From NCBI GenBank assembly GCA_030141605.1, contig JAQGDQ010001193.1, forward strand, positions 1-56,142: 56,142 bases of DNA, written 5' to 3'. A model generated the notes under the pieces. The model did no database searches. It worked only from the letters and a program-made list of their open reading frames with translations, and was not told the origin of the DNA. The DNA comes from Tubiluchus corallicola (lineage: Eukaryota; Animalia; Priapulida). Made by a program: the position numbers and the translations under genes. Below are positions 40,029 through 52,653 of this stretch, one piece after another (position 1 is the stretch's first letter; every line of letters begins with the position of its first letter).

Positions 40029-40352
40029 GACTGAATTCGACTATGGGCTGGAAGCAGCTTCTCCAAAGAAGACCGAAGAGAAGAAAATGAGTGTAGTGGA
40101 GGTGAGGATGTCAAGATGAATGGTGGGAATAAAAAGAAGAGATAAAATTAGAAATAATAATATCAGAGGAACAGTAAAAGTAGTGGAAGCCTCGCAAGAT
40201 TGCGATGGTATGGACACCTGAAAAGAAGAGTCGGTGAAGATCATGTGGGAAGGGAAGACATAAATGAAGAGATGGTCAACAACAGGAATGCGTGGAGAAG
40301 ACTCATTCACAACGGCGACACCACATAGGGAAAAGCTGGGAAGAAGAAGAAG
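40027..40352 (+). mobile_element. RTE-like LINE 3' fragment (same family as 28808); mirror at ~55517-55842
   Basis: ..gcgtggagaagactcattcacaacggcgac..gctgggaagaagaagaag; abuts (TAA)n at 39915-40026. Confidence 0.8.
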
Positions 40353-42162
40353 ATATTTTGATTACGTACAAAACACAAAACACCAGCCTCGTAAAATTTA
40401 ATGTAACATACAAAACATATATATTTTTATCGTGATACCATTTTAACGTAATTGTAAGAATTATTTTGTCACCTGTTTGAATTCGCTGTTAGTTGTTCTG
40501 TACGCTCCAGCCACCATATTCCTTTGTGAATGAATTTTGTCTCTATAAAGGCCTATATAACCCCAACATACATTGAAGTTTTTTTAAGGCACTACTACGA
40601 TTTAACAAAGAATTCATAGTTATTATTAAACAAAAAAATTTATAAATTAAATAACTCACGTTTTTCTGTTGAATTTAGAATGTGCGCACTGTCATAAAGA
40701 TCGCCATGTTTCACGTCTCTAGCGCGAGTGAGCGAGAATGACGTACGCGGTACAGAAAGATGTTTGTTTGCGGATCCTTGGTGACCTCGTGACTGTACTC
40801 ATGACGTCATTCGTCTCGTGCAACGAAAAATGGCAGTTCCTCAAATTTAAAACCGCTAAGAACGAAGTGATAAAAACTCAAAAGAAACAAGTTTCATAGA
40901 AAGTTTATAATAAAATTAATCGAATATTCGTAATGAGAGTAGGATTGTAAGTTTTAAAAGCTTATATTATAGTCAGGGTTTAGTTTAACTTTAAACGTCT
41001 CTATTGTGGGTGCATAGGCCCTTTTTTGGTTTTAATTTAGTTCTCAATTACTGCCACGGTGCTGCCACCTGTTTGTTTATTTAGTAGGCTTTTTACCTTT
41101 TACAGTAGTCACTCTTTATAAATTGAAGCACCTAATATCCTTGAATACATTAGCATTTTGATCTTTCGTGAGCTATAGCTGTAGTAGTTGTATGACATTT
41201 TACCCGTCTTTTGGTTCTCTCCGCCATTGCTCTATTTTTCTGTCTGTGATGAGCATTATGACTGTGAATTTCTTACGAATTTATTGTTGTGACATTGTTG
41301 TTCTTAAGGCTACTTGGAGTTCTCATTCCTGTCTTTGTAACTGTTAAAGGCTCTAACAACGTTAGTTATTGTTAATTAATTTCAATATAGTTTACATAGT
41401 TCTTACATCAGTACTTAGTTATAGCAATACATTTAATCATGCAACTAATTTTCTTCTACTTAATGCAAATTAAACTAAATGTTAATAATTGTCTTTCAGA
41501 ATAAACAAACTTTTGGTCAACACGTTAAACTGGTGTTTTGTATCCATTTCAGTCTCTTTCAGTGTCACTTTGATCTTGTTTATTTATTTATTGCTGGTAC
41601 ATCATGTGTTTAACTGTGGTGGCGGTTCAGTAAACAAACAAACATGTGGAAGTTGGAATTGTACATTATAATTAGGTGCTGCCATCAATGGGATAATCCT
41701 GTTACATTTTACCAGCTGACTTACCCTCAGTATAATTGTATGGTCCAGTGAATGCATATTCACTGGTTCTCTCCCTATTTTAAAGTAATAGTTGTTTTGA
41801 AGCCTGTGCAAGTCTGCATAGGTCACCTATACCTATATATACTGACTGGTTTTGCTTTCTAGTCACTCTCACTCTCAGTGTTCAGTGCAGCAGTCATGCT
41901 GCTCATGTGTCTTTAGTTTAATAAACACTTTTCTGTTGTGTGCAGTGCAAATACCTATTATAGATTTTTTATTCTTGTTCATACTTCGGTGCGTAAACTC
42001 AATCATAACAAAGTGAGTGATCTACAACTTCAAACATGACTTTCACAAAACATATATATATATATATGAACTTATGAAAATATTGATATGACGCATAATA
42101 GAGACCAAAAGCGAAATGAAATTTATTAACTTATTAATTGACATCAAATCAAATGCTTCATA

Positions 42163-42351
42163 CTAATTTGACATTCGTGATGGTTTGGGTGACTCTAATT
42201 CAGAATATTCTCCAAGCCGTGGAGAGAGACTGCGAGTGGAAAGAGATTCCTTGATGGATGCTGGAGTTGGATGGTCGTTAGCTGAATCTTCAGCATCAGT
42301 CTTGTCACTGTAGTATAATTCCTCGTAAGCTCTGTCTAAATCAGACTCTAC
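42163..42351 (-). CDS. Orphan TM/coiled-coil gene, - copy, terminal exon F
   Basis: Mirror of 53515-53703, frame intact. Confidence 0.78.
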   Translation of the reverse strand, partial: VESDLDRAYEELYYSDKTDAEDSANDHPTPASIKESLSTRSLSPRLGEYSELESPKPSRMSN

Positions 42352-43211
42352 CTACAAAATGCAAAATAATGAACAACATAAGATATGCGATTGCAAAAAT
42401 TTATAACTAGAAGGCACTTGGTAATCAAATTATTAACTGATGATTATGACGACGACGGTGATGATGATGATGATGATGATGGCGTCGGCGACGACGACGA
42501 TGATGATAACGGTGGTCACGATATTTTTGTGGTTGATGCTGGCGAAGGAGAAGACTATAATGATGATATGACAGTGATGACAATGATAATGACAATGATT
42601 ATGTTAACAATAATTTTATGATAATGATATAATGTCCTTATCCTTATTGGTAATGGCAGCGATGACAATGATGATGATGATGATGACAGTGATGACAACG
42701 ATATTTTTGTGATTGATGACGGCAAAGATGAAGGCGATAATGTCGATATGGCAGTGATGATAATGATAATGACGATGATTATGTTAATAATCATTTAATG
42801 ATTGTGATATCCTTGTCCTTATCGTTATCCTTACTGATAACGGTAACGGTAACAATAAGGATAAGATGATGATGATGATATTTCAGCAATTGGCACTAAC
42901 ATTTTAAATTATCATTTCTAGCTGCATACGACTTTCCAGCAGGTAAGTGAAATGCTGAGTAATATAGATTTGCCTGGAAAGTTTTTTAGGACATAATTTA
43001 AAATTGCCTTTTCTTCCCCAGATTTACGTTGTGCGTATATGACGTCATGTAATGGCTCCTTAGGATCCCTATTGTGGGAGATTTAAGATGAAAACAAACA
43101 AAAATTTCTTTTAACGCAAGTACGATATAATAGTATAATTTTTAAGGTGATTTTTTTCCGAAATCAACTTCCGGTACCCCCTTTTCTTGTCCTTTAAGTT
43201 TATAATCTTAC

Positions 43212-43418
43212 ATCTATTTGTTCTGCAGCGTTCACTGCATCTACATTATCTAAGCAACCCTTGGCTAGTTCAGCAAACTCTGCTTTTTGTGCATCAAGTC
43301 TAGCAGCTAGTTCCTTTTTGCAAGCGAGGCTGTTCTCTTTTCTTTCTTTTCTTGCTGTTTCCTTCAGTCTGGTTATTTCCTTCTTCATTTGATTTTTACA
43401 CGCTTGTTTGTAATCCAT
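43212..43418 (-). CDS. Orphan TM/coiled-coil gene, - copy, exon E
   Basis: ORF 43200-43481; mirror of 52447-52653. Confidence 0.82.
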
Positions 43419-43429
43419 CTGCAATGACA

Positions 43430-44472
43430 ATGATAATAGCAATTTGACATTAAAATAGCAATCTAACATTAAAATTAGCAATCTAAGAATAAAAATAGCA
43501 ATTTAACACTAAAATAGCAATTTAACATTAAAAATAGCAACTTAACATTAAAAATAGCAATTTAACAATTCACGTTTGTTGTGAGTTTTGTTGTGAGAGC
43601 TACCAGTGTTCATTGCTGCAACTTCTCTTGGTGTAATTATGGTTTAATAAGAGCAATAAAGTGAGTAATTTCATTTTAGCGTAACAAAGTGAGTAATTTC
43701 ATTTTAGAGTAACAAAACGAGTAATTTCATTTTAGAGTAACAAAACGAGTAATTTCATTTTAAAGTAACAAAATGTGCAGTTTCACATTACAGTAACAAA
43801 CTGAGTAATTTCATTTTAAAATAACAAACTTATAATTTCGTATTACAGTAACAAACTGAGTAATTTCATGTTAGGGTAACAAACTTATTAATTTAGTATT
43901 ACAGTGACAAACTGAATAATTTCGTTTTGCAGTAACAAAACGAGTAATTTTATTTTAGAGTAACAAAACGAGTAATTTTATTTTAGAGTAACAAAACGAG
44001 TGATTTCATTTTAGAGTTACAAGATGATTCGTTTCATTTTGCTGTCACAAAGCGAGTAATTTCAATTCAGAGTAACTGAGCAACTAAGTGAGTAGTTTCA
44101 TCTTAAAGTAAAAAATCAGTAGTTTATTTTAGAATAACAAAGTGAGCAATTCTTCATCTTACAGTAATAAAGTGAGTAATTTCGTTTTGAAGCAAAAAAG
44201 TGAGTAATTTCATTTTACAGCAATAAAGTGAGTAATTTCATTTTACAGCAATAAAGTGAGTAATTTCATTTTACAGCAATAAAGTGAGTAATTTTATTTT
44301 TACAGCAATAAAGTGAGTAATTTTATTTTTACAGTAATAAAGTGAGTAATTTCACCCTAGGGTGATAAAGTGAGTAACTTCATTTTACAGCAGCAAAGTG
44401 AGTAACTTCATTTTACAGCAGCAATAAAGTGAGTAATTTCATTTTACAGCAATAAAGTGAGTAATTTCATTT
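43430..44472. repeat. ~19-bp (tagcaatttaacattaaaa) and ~28-bp (aaagtgagtaatttcattttacagcaat) minisatellites; mirror 51065-52430
   Basis: Tandem arrays read directly, in intron D-E. Confidence 0.9.
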
Positions 44473-44501
44473 TTCTTTTACATATAAGGAGAAATGCTTA
44501 C

Positions 44502-44551
44502 CTCGTTTTTCGTATGCACTGCAATTTCGTTTCTTAGTTTTGCAAACATTT
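44502..44551 (-). CDS. Orphan TM/coiled-coil gene, - copy, exon D
   Basis: Mirror of 50986-51035 (N instead of T at one codon). Confidence 0.78.
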
Positions 44552-44799
44552 CTGCAAAAGATATAAATTGTTTAGAATGCATGCTTTCTTACAACTATTT
44601 TACTTAAAAGGTTGAGTTATTTCTTGTATCACATTTTAGTGGCACAATGTAATGAAATGTAACGGAATGTAATGTCAAGGTTATTTCTGTACAGCACAAC
44701 ATTTTTTTTAAATTTCAGCATGCTAAAAAATCAATTTAAGATACATGAGATGCAATAATATTTAAAATACATTAAAAATATCAAGACATATCAAGACGG

Positions 44800-45341
44800 A
44801 AGATAATGGCATTATCAGTTTACTCGAAACTCACAAAAGTTTTTGAGAATAGGAAGATTTCTTTGGAAACAAAAATTAGAATATTCTCAGCCTTAGTTGA
44901 AACTGTATTTCTGTATACCTCTGAGCTCTTGGACATTAAAAGCAAATCATAAAGCTGAAATCGATGCATTTCAAAGGCGAAATTACAGAAACATTTTGGG
45001 TATTAGATGGCCAAAGAAAATTTCAAACAAAGATCTATATGAAAAAATAAAAGAAGAACCTTGGACAAGACGCAGTTTAAGATGGATTGGGCATATGCTT
45101 AGACTACCTGATGATATTCCAGTGAAGATAGCTCTTCAACAAGCCATAGAACCGGCTAAAAAACCTGCAGGAGGACAAATGTTAACATATTTAGATTTTG
45201 CACAGAAAGATTTAAACATTTCAGCATTGAACCTTAGAAATAAATCCACCTGGGGCATTGCGGTGAGCAGGAAGTCCTGGCATAGGAAGGTGAGCAGAAT
45301 CATGTCCCTGGACGTATAATTCATTGAAGAAGAAGAAGAAG
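44800..45341 (+). mobile_element. RTE-like LINE RT C-terminal fragment; mirror at ~50196-50735 (-)
   Basis: IDAFQRR..RNILGIRW..ISN..LY..RRSLRWIGHMLRL; (GAA)n tail. Confidence 0.85.
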
Positions 45342-45557
45342 TCACGCAAACATGTTTAGGGTTTTCAGCATTGATGGAGTGTCTGCCACAATTCTAGATG
45401 CTTTCAAGAACTAATTAGCCACAAGAGAGAACAAATGAATTATGACGTAATAATGACGATATGAACGTAATAATCAGGACGAATTTCAACTGCTATTGAG
45501 AAAACAAAATGGAGTTTAATTAAATTGAATTAAATAACGTGAGATAAATTATTTTAC

Positions 45558-45616
45558 CTTTATTTTCGCTCAGCATCGTCCGTATTTCGTTACTTCGTGT
45601 TCTATATTGACCATAC
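45558..45616 (-). CDS. Orphan TM/coiled-coil gene, - copy, exon C
   Basis: Mirror of 49921-49979. Confidence 0.78.
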
Positions 45617-45659
45617 CTGTGCAGAGAAGAAAATCTTTTCACGGTTAAGCTACGACTCC

Positions 45660-46430
45660 TTGTGTACGTAATGCGTAATGCGTGATCCGTAATGCGTAAT
45701 GCGTATACAGCAGTTTATATTTAAACACATGGGAATGTTTGCTTGTGCGTGTAATGCGTAATGCGTGGTCCGTAATGCGTAATGCATATACAGCAGTTTA
45801 TATTTAAACACATGGGAATGTTTGCTTGTGCGCGTAATGCGTAATGCGTGGTCCGTAATGCGTATACAGCAGTTTATATTTAAACACATGGAAATGTTTC
45901 CTTATGCGCGTAATGCGTACACAGCAGTTTATATTTAAACGCATGCAAATGTTTCCTTGTGCGCGTAATGCGTAATGCGTACACAGCAGTTTATATTTAA
46001 ACGCATGCAAATGTTTCCTTGTGCGCGTAATGCGTAATGCGTACACAGCAGTTTATATTTAAACGCATGCAAATGTTTCCTTGTGCGCGTAATGCGTAAT
46101 GCGTATACAGCAGTTTATATTGAAACACATGGAAATGTTTCTTTCTGCGCGTAATGCGTAATGCGTATACAGCAGTTTATATTTAAACATATGGAAATGT
46201 TTCCTTGTACGCGTAATGCGTAATGCGTATACAGCAGTTTATATTTAAATGCAAGGAAATGTTTCCTTGTGCGCGTAATGCGTAATGCGTAATGCGTATA
46301 CAGCAGTTTATATTTAAACACATGGAAATGTTTCCTTGTGCGCGTAATGCGTAATGCGTGATGCGTATACAACAGTTTATATTTAAACACAAGGAAGTGC
46401 TTTCATGTGTGAGTAAAGCGTAATACGTTA
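45660..46430. repeat. ~60-bp minisatellite with internal GCGTAAT heptamers; mirror ~49140-49875
   Basis: cagcagtttatatttaaacacatggaaatgtttccttgtgcgc(gtaatgc)n. Confidence 0.92.
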
Positions 46431-46596
46431 GCTGCTAAAACTGTTACTATTACAATAGCAACTGCGTCGTCAAGTGTACACAAATGCGTTGTCAGGTTCA
46501 CTTAACCTTTGACATTTAACGATCATCATCAATCGTTGGAACTGTGGAAATGTTCATTGCTGCGTTTATATGTTTTACTGCATAAATAGAAATTAC

Positions 46597-46666
46597 CTGA
46601 ATCCGCCATAAGCCAGTAACGTTAGTAGCATTGTGAGCAGGGCTGCAATCCCCAAGATCACAACTT
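46597..46666 (-). CDS. Orphan TM/coiled-coil gene, - copy, exon B (TM)
   Basis: Mirror of 48905-48974. Confidence 0.8.
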
Positions 46667-46768
46667 CTGAAAGCAAATACTCAGTGAGTTGTAACTTAAA
46701 CTTGAAAATTCACCAATTTATTAGATTCCCACTCAGTCGAAATCCATTTTTTGTTAATTGTTTTAATT

Positions 46769-46820
46769 CGAGAGAAAGAGAGACAGAGCAGAAGAGAGAA
46801 AGGCAAAGGGAGAGATTGAT

Positions 46821-46868
<48 letters not shown>

Positions 46869-46890
46869 AGAGAGAAAGAGGAAGAGAGAA

Positions 46891-46971
<81 letters not shown>

Positions 46972-47255
46972 TGGGGGAGCGAAAAGAGAGAGGATGAGCG
47001 AAAAGAGAGAGAGAGTGAGAAAGCGAGCGAGGGAGAGAGAGGGAGAGAGAAACAGGGGAAAAGCGAGAAGCAGAGAGACACAGAGGCAGGGTAAAATGGA
47101 GAGTGATAGAGAGAATGTGTGTGAGAATGTGAGAGGGAGAAAGAGGAGAAGAGAGAAAGAGAAGGAGCGAAAGAGACAGGGGAAAAGGGAGAGACAGATA
47201 GGCATAGAACCGGGGGTGAAACAGAGAAGGAGAGAGAGGATGTGTGAGAGAACGT

Positions 47256-47308
<53 letters not shown>

Positions 47309-47310
47309 AG
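46769..47310. repeat. Degenerate (AG)n tract; mirror (CT)n at 48255-48800
   Basis: Read directly. Confidence 0.9.
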
Positions 47311-47390
47311 AAAAAACGAGAGATAAAGGGAAACCATGAGTACACGAGGTGTTAATGATAATTTTCACTTGCTTAACATTTTAGCATTAC

Positions 47391-47510
47391 CTGTATTTTC
47401 AGTTAATGAATAGTCTGATGTTTGCTGGCTTTCCTGAGAAGGTTCACTGTCTGCTTCCTGAAAAGGTTCAGCTTCCTCTTCATCATCGTCTCTTTTCTGT
47501 ATACGATCGT
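47391..47510 (-). CDS. Orphan TM/coiled-coil gene, - copy, exon A
   Basis: Mirror of 48058-48177 (ORF 47365-47580), splice sites intact. Confidence 0.65.
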
Positions 47511-47674
47511 CTGTGACGTCAGTGGGAATGAGAAAAAATGTTTGTTTGCTATCCGAGTCAGTACCTGGGTCACGAACCAAATTCTAATTCAGTTTTAAAG
47601 ATTTTGGAATAAATTTTCTAATCATAAACATCATCTCGTAAAGATAGTGCATATTGCTAGATTTTGAACTACAG

Positions 47675-47955
47675 TGCTGCTGTATTTACCTGTCCTGAGG
47701 GCAGATTTCTTTTATTTTAGAATTCTGTATGGCTAATGTCTACAGAGGATGCAATGGGCATATGATGATGATTCTATAATGAAGGGTTCGGAAGTGGTGC
47801 TGACAAGCCACTGGCGTAGCAGTGTCTAGTTTTTTGCTGGATTACTGCTGTGTTTACATGTCTGAAGGCAGATTTCTTTTATTTTAGAATTCTGCCTGGC
47901 CAATTTCTGCAATTGACGTGACGGGCGTATGATGATGATGATGATGATGATGATG
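47675..47955 (+). mobile_element. Two tandem (ATG)n-tailed retroposon 3' ends in the palindrome spacer (47675-47771 degenerate; 47791-47955)
   Basis: ggcagatttcttttattttagaattctg...tatgatgatg occurs twice; matches 23239-23419. Confidence 0.8.
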
Positions 47956-48057
47956 AATTGTTGAAGATTGTAAAACGGAATTAGAATTTGGTTCGTGACC
48001 CAGGTACTGACTCGGATAGCAAACAAACATTTTTTCTCATTCCCACTGACGTCACAG

Positions 48058-48177
48058 ACGATCGTATACAGAAAAGAAACGATGATGAAGAGGAAGCTGA
48101 ACCTTTTCAGGAAGCAGACAGTGAACCTTCTCAGGAAAGCCAGCAAACATCAGACTATTCATTAACTGAAAATACAG
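48058..48177 (+). CDS. Orphan TM/coiled-coil gene, + copy, exon A (acidic stalk; no 5' exons found)
   Basis: Polypyrimidine tract and cacag acceptor; DRIQKRNDDEEEAEPFQEADSEPSQESQQTSDYSLTENT; CAG|gtaatg; phase 1-1. An alternative acceptor at 48003 is possible. Confidence 0.65.
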
Positions 48178-48259
48178 GTAATGCTAAAATGTTAAGCAAG
48201 TGAAAATTATCATTAACACCTCGTGTACTCATGGTTTCCCTTTATCTCTCGTTTTTTCT

Positions 48260-48324
<65 letters not shown>

Positions 48325-48608
48325 ACGTTCTCTCACACATCCTCTCTCTCCTTCTCTGTTTCACCCCCGGTTCTATGCCTATCTGTCTCTCCCTTTTCCC
48401 CTGTCTCTTTCGCTCCTTCTATTTCTTTCTTCTCCTCTTTCTCCCTCTCACATTCTCACACACATTCTCTCTATCACTCTCCATTTTACCCTGCCTCTGT
48501 GTCTCTCTGCTTCTCGCTTTTCCCCTGTTTCTCTCTCCCTCTCTCTCCCTCGCTCGCTTTCTCGCTCTCTCTCTCTTTTCGCTCATCCTCTCTCTTTTCG
48601 CTCCCCTA

Positions 48609-48672
<64 letters not shown>

Positions 48673-48715
48673 TCCTCTCTCTCTCTCTTTCTCTCTTCCT
48701 CTTTCTCTCTCTCAT

Positions 48716-48750
<35 letters not shown>

Positions 48751-48904
48751 ATCAATCTCTCCCTTTGCCTTTCTCTCTTCTGCTCTGTCTCTCTTTCTCT
48801 CGAATTAAAACAATTAACAAAAAATGGATTTCGACTGAGTGGGAATCTAATAAATTGGTGAATTTTCAAGTTTAAGTTACAACTCACTGAGTATTTGCTT
48901 TCAG

Positions 48905-48974
48905 AAGTTGTGATCTTGGGGATTGCAGCCCTGCTCACAATGCTACTAACGTTACTGGCTTATGGCGGATTCAG
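48905..48974 (+). CDS. Orphan TM/coiled-coil gene, + copy, exon B (TM helix VVILGIAALLTMLLTLLAYGGF)
   Basis: ctttcag / CAG|gtaatt; phase 1-2, in frame with neighbours. Confidence 0.8.
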
Positions 48975-49920
48975 GTAATTTCTATTTATGCAGTAAAACA
49001 TATAAACGCAGCAATGAACCTTTCCACAGTTCCAACGATTGATGATGATCGTTAAATGTCAAAGGTTAAGTGAACCTGACAACGCATTTGTGTACACTTG
49101 ACGACGCAGTTGCTATTGTAATAGTAACAGTTTTAGCAGCTAACGTATTACGCTTTACTCACACATGAAAGCACTTCCTTGTGTTTAAATATAAACTGTT
49201 GTATACGCATCACGCATTACGCATTACGCGCACAAGGAAACATTTCCATGTGTTTAAATATAAACTGCTGTATACGCATTACGCATTACGCATTACGCGC
49301 ACAAGGAAACATTTCCTTGCATTTAAATATAAACTGCTGTATACGCATTACGCATTACGCGTACAAGGAAACATTTCCATATGTTTAAATATAAACTGCT
49401 GTATACGCATTACGCATTACGCGCAGAAAGAAACATTTCCATGTGTTTCAATATAAACTGCGGTATACGCATTACGCATTACGCGCACAAGGAAACATTT
49501 GCATGCGTTTAAATATAAACTGCTGTGTACGCATTACGCATTACGCGCACAAGGAAACATTTGCATGCGTTTAAATATAAACTGCTGTATACGCATTACG
49601 GACCACGCATTATGCATTACGCGCACAAGCAAACATTTCCATGTGTCTAAATATAAACTGCTGTATACGCATTACGCATTACGGATCACGCATTACGCAT
49701 TACGCGCACTAGGAAACATTTCCATGTGTTTAAATATAAACTGCTGTATATGCATTACGCATTACGGACCACGCATTACGCATTACGCGCACAAGCAAAC
49801 ATTCCCATGTGTTTAAATATAAACTGCTGTATACGCATTACGCATTACGGATCACGCATTACGCATTACGTACACAAGGAGTCGTAGCTTAACCGTGAAA
49901 AGATTTTCTTCTCTGCACAG

Positions 49921-49979
49921 GTATGGTCAATATAGAACACGAAGTAACGAAATACGGACGATGCTGAGCGAAAATAAAG
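49921..49979 (+). CDS. Orphan TM/coiled-coil gene, + copy, exon C (RYGQYRTRSNEIRTMLSENK)
   Basis: ctctgcacag / AAG|gtaaaa; phase 2-1; basic juxtamembrane residues. Confidence 0.78.
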
Positions 49980-50985
49980 GTAAAATAATTTATCTCACGT
50001 TATTTAATTCAATTTAATTAAACTCCATTTTGTTTTCTCAATAGCAGTTGAAATTCGTCCTGATTATTACGTTCATATCGTCATTATTACGTCATAATTC
50101 ATTTGTTCTCTCTTGTGGCTAATTAGTTCTTGAAAGCATCTAGAATTGTGGCAGACACTCCATCAATGCTGAAAACCCTAAACATGTTTGCGTGACTTCT
50201 TCTTCTTCTTCAATGAATTATACGTCCAGGGACATGATTCTGCTCACCTTCCTATGCCAGGACTTCCTGCTCACCGCAATGCCCCAGGTGGATTTATTTC
50301 TAAGGTTCAATGCTGAAATGTTTAAATCTTTCTGTGCAAAATCTAAATATGTTAACATTTGTCCTCCTGCAGGTTTTTTAGCCGGTTCTATGGCTTGTTG
50401 AAGAGCTATCTTCACTGGAAAATCATCAGGTAGTCTAAGCATATGCCCAATCCATCTTAAACAGCGTCTTGTCCAAGGTTCTTCTTTTATTTTTTCATAT
50501 AGATCTTTGTTTGAAATTTTCTTTGGCCATCTAATACCCAAAATGTTTCTGTAATTTCGCCTTTGAAATGCATCGATTTCAGCTTTATGATTTGCTTTTA
50601 ATGTCCAAGAGCTCAGAGGTATACAGAAATACAGTTTCAACTAAGGCTGAGAATATTCTAATTTTTGTTTCCAAAGAAATCTTCCTATTCTCAAAAACTT
50701 TTGTGAGTTTAGAGTAAGCTGATAATGCCATTATCTTCCGTCTTGATATGTCTTGATATTTTTAATGTATTTTAAATATTATTGCATCTCATGTATCTTA
50801 AATTGATTTTTTAGCATGCTGAAATTTAAAAAAAATGTTGTGCTGTACAGAAATAACCTTGACATTACATTCCGTTACATTTCATTACATTGTGCCACTA
50901 AAATGTGATACAAGAAATAACTCAACCTTTTAAGTAAAATAGTTGTAAGAAATCATGAATTCTAAACAATTTATATTTATTGCAG

Positions 50986-51035
50986 AAATGTTTGCAAAAC
51001 TAAGAACCGAAATTGCAGTGCATACGAAAAACGAG
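50986..51035 (+). CDS. Orphan TM/coiled-coil gene, + copy, exon D (EMFAKLRTEIAVHTKNE)
   Basis: ttgcag / GAG|gtaagc; phase 1-0. Confidence 0.78.
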
Positions 51036-52446
51036 GTAAGCATTTCTCCTTATATGTAAAAGAAAAATGAAATTACTCACTTTATTGCTGTAAAATGAAA
51101 TTACTCACTTTATTGCTGCAAAATGAAATTACTCACTTTGCTGCTGTAAAATGAAGTTACTCACTTTGCTGCTGTAAAATGAAGTTACTCACTTTATCAC
51201 CCTATGGTGAAATTACTCACTTTATTACTGTAAAAATAAAATTACTCACTTTATTGCTGTAAAAATAAAATTACTCACTTTATTGCTGTAAAATGAAATT
51301 ACTCACTTTATTGCTGTAAAATGAAATTACTCACTTTATTGCTGCAAAATGAAATTACTCACTTTGCTGCTGTAAAATGAAGTTACTCACTTTATCACCC
51401 TATGGTGAAATTACTCACTTTATTACTGTAAAAATAAAATTACTCACTTTATTGCTGTAAAAATAAAATTACTCACTTTATTGCTGTAAAATGAAATTAC
51501 TCACTTTATTGCTGTAAAATGAAATTACTCACTTTATTGCTGCAAAATGAAATTACTCACTTTGCTGCTGTAAAATGAAGTTACTCACTTTATCACCCTA
51601 TGGTGAAATTACTCACTTTATTACTGTAAAAATAAAATTACTCACTTTATTGCTGTAAAAATAAAATTACTCACTTTATTGCTGTAAAATGAAATTACTC
51701 ACTTTTTTGCTATTCTAAAATAAACTACTGATTTTTTACTTTAAGATGAAACTACTCACTTAGTTGCTCAGTTACTCTGAATTGAAATTACTCGCTTTGT
51801 GACAGCAAAATGAAACGAATCATCTTGTAACTCTAAAATGAAATCACTCGTTTTGTTACTGCAAAACGAAATTATTCAGTTTGTCACTGTAATACTAAAT
51901 TAATAAGTTTGTTACCCTAACATGAAATTACTCAGTTTGTTACTGTAATACGAAATTATAAGTTTGTTATTTTAAAATGAAATTACTCAGTTTGTTACTG
52001 TAATGTGAAACTGCACATTTTGTTACTTTAAAATGAAATTACTCGTTTTGTTACTCTAAAATGAAATTACTCACTTTGTTACGCTAAAATGAAATTACTC
52101 ACTTTATTGCTCTTATTAAACCATAATTACACCAAGAGAAGTTGCAGCAATGAACACTGGTAGCTCTCACAACAAAACTCACAACAAACGTGATTGTTAT
52201 TGTTAAATTGCTATTTTTAATGTTAAGTTGCTATTTTTAATATTAAATTGCTATTTTAAATGTTAAAATGCTATTTTTATTGTTAAATTGCTATTTACTT
52301 TAAATTGCTATTTTTAATGTTAAGTTGCTATTTTTAATGTTAGATTGCTATTTTAGTGTTAAATTGCTATTTTTATTCTTAGATTGCTAATTTTAATGTT
52401 AGATTGCTATTTTAATGTCAAATTGCTATTATCATTGTCATTGCAG

Positions 52447-52653
52447 ATGGATTACAAACAAGCGTGTAAAAATCAAATGAAGAAGGAAATAACCAGACTG
52501 AAGGAAACAGCAAGAAAAGAAAGAAAAGAGAACAGCCTCGCTTGCAAAAAGGAACTAGCTGCTAGACTTGATGCACAAAAAGCAGAGTTTGCTGAACTAG
52601 CCAAGGGTTGCTTAGATAATGTAGATGCAGTGAACGCTGCAGAAGAAATAGAT
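52447..52653 (+). CDS. Orphan TM/coiled-coil gene, + copy, exon E (coiled coil MDYKQAC...AAEEID)
   Basis: ORF 52384-52671; ttgcag / GAT|gtaagt; phase 0-0. Confidence 0.82.

Larger units (their letters stand above)
39704..47597. repeat. Left arm of giant inverted duplication
   Basis: Collinear reverse complement of 47971-56142; mirrored ORFs throughout the ORF track. Confidence 0.97.

Noticed and set aside
43655-44472. 28-bp and 60-bp arrays as CRISPR-like repeats
   Set aside because: Head-to-tail monomers without unique spacers, no cas genes, eukaryotic introns
44897-45319. 140-aa ORF as a host gene (mirror 50218-50640)
   Set aside because: C-terminal LINE reverse transcriptase fragment with a GAA tail, lying antisense in an intron
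45650-46392. Repetitive MCLNINCC / HYALR ORFs (mirror 49179-49816)
   Set aside because: Translations of the 60-bp minisatellite; the frame is not conserved between units or arms
47530-47634. ATG-initiated first exon in the spacer (MMFMIRKFIPKSLKLN on the - strand)
   Set aside because: An in-frame TAG separates it from exon A, it is not a signal peptide, and it is absent from the + copy
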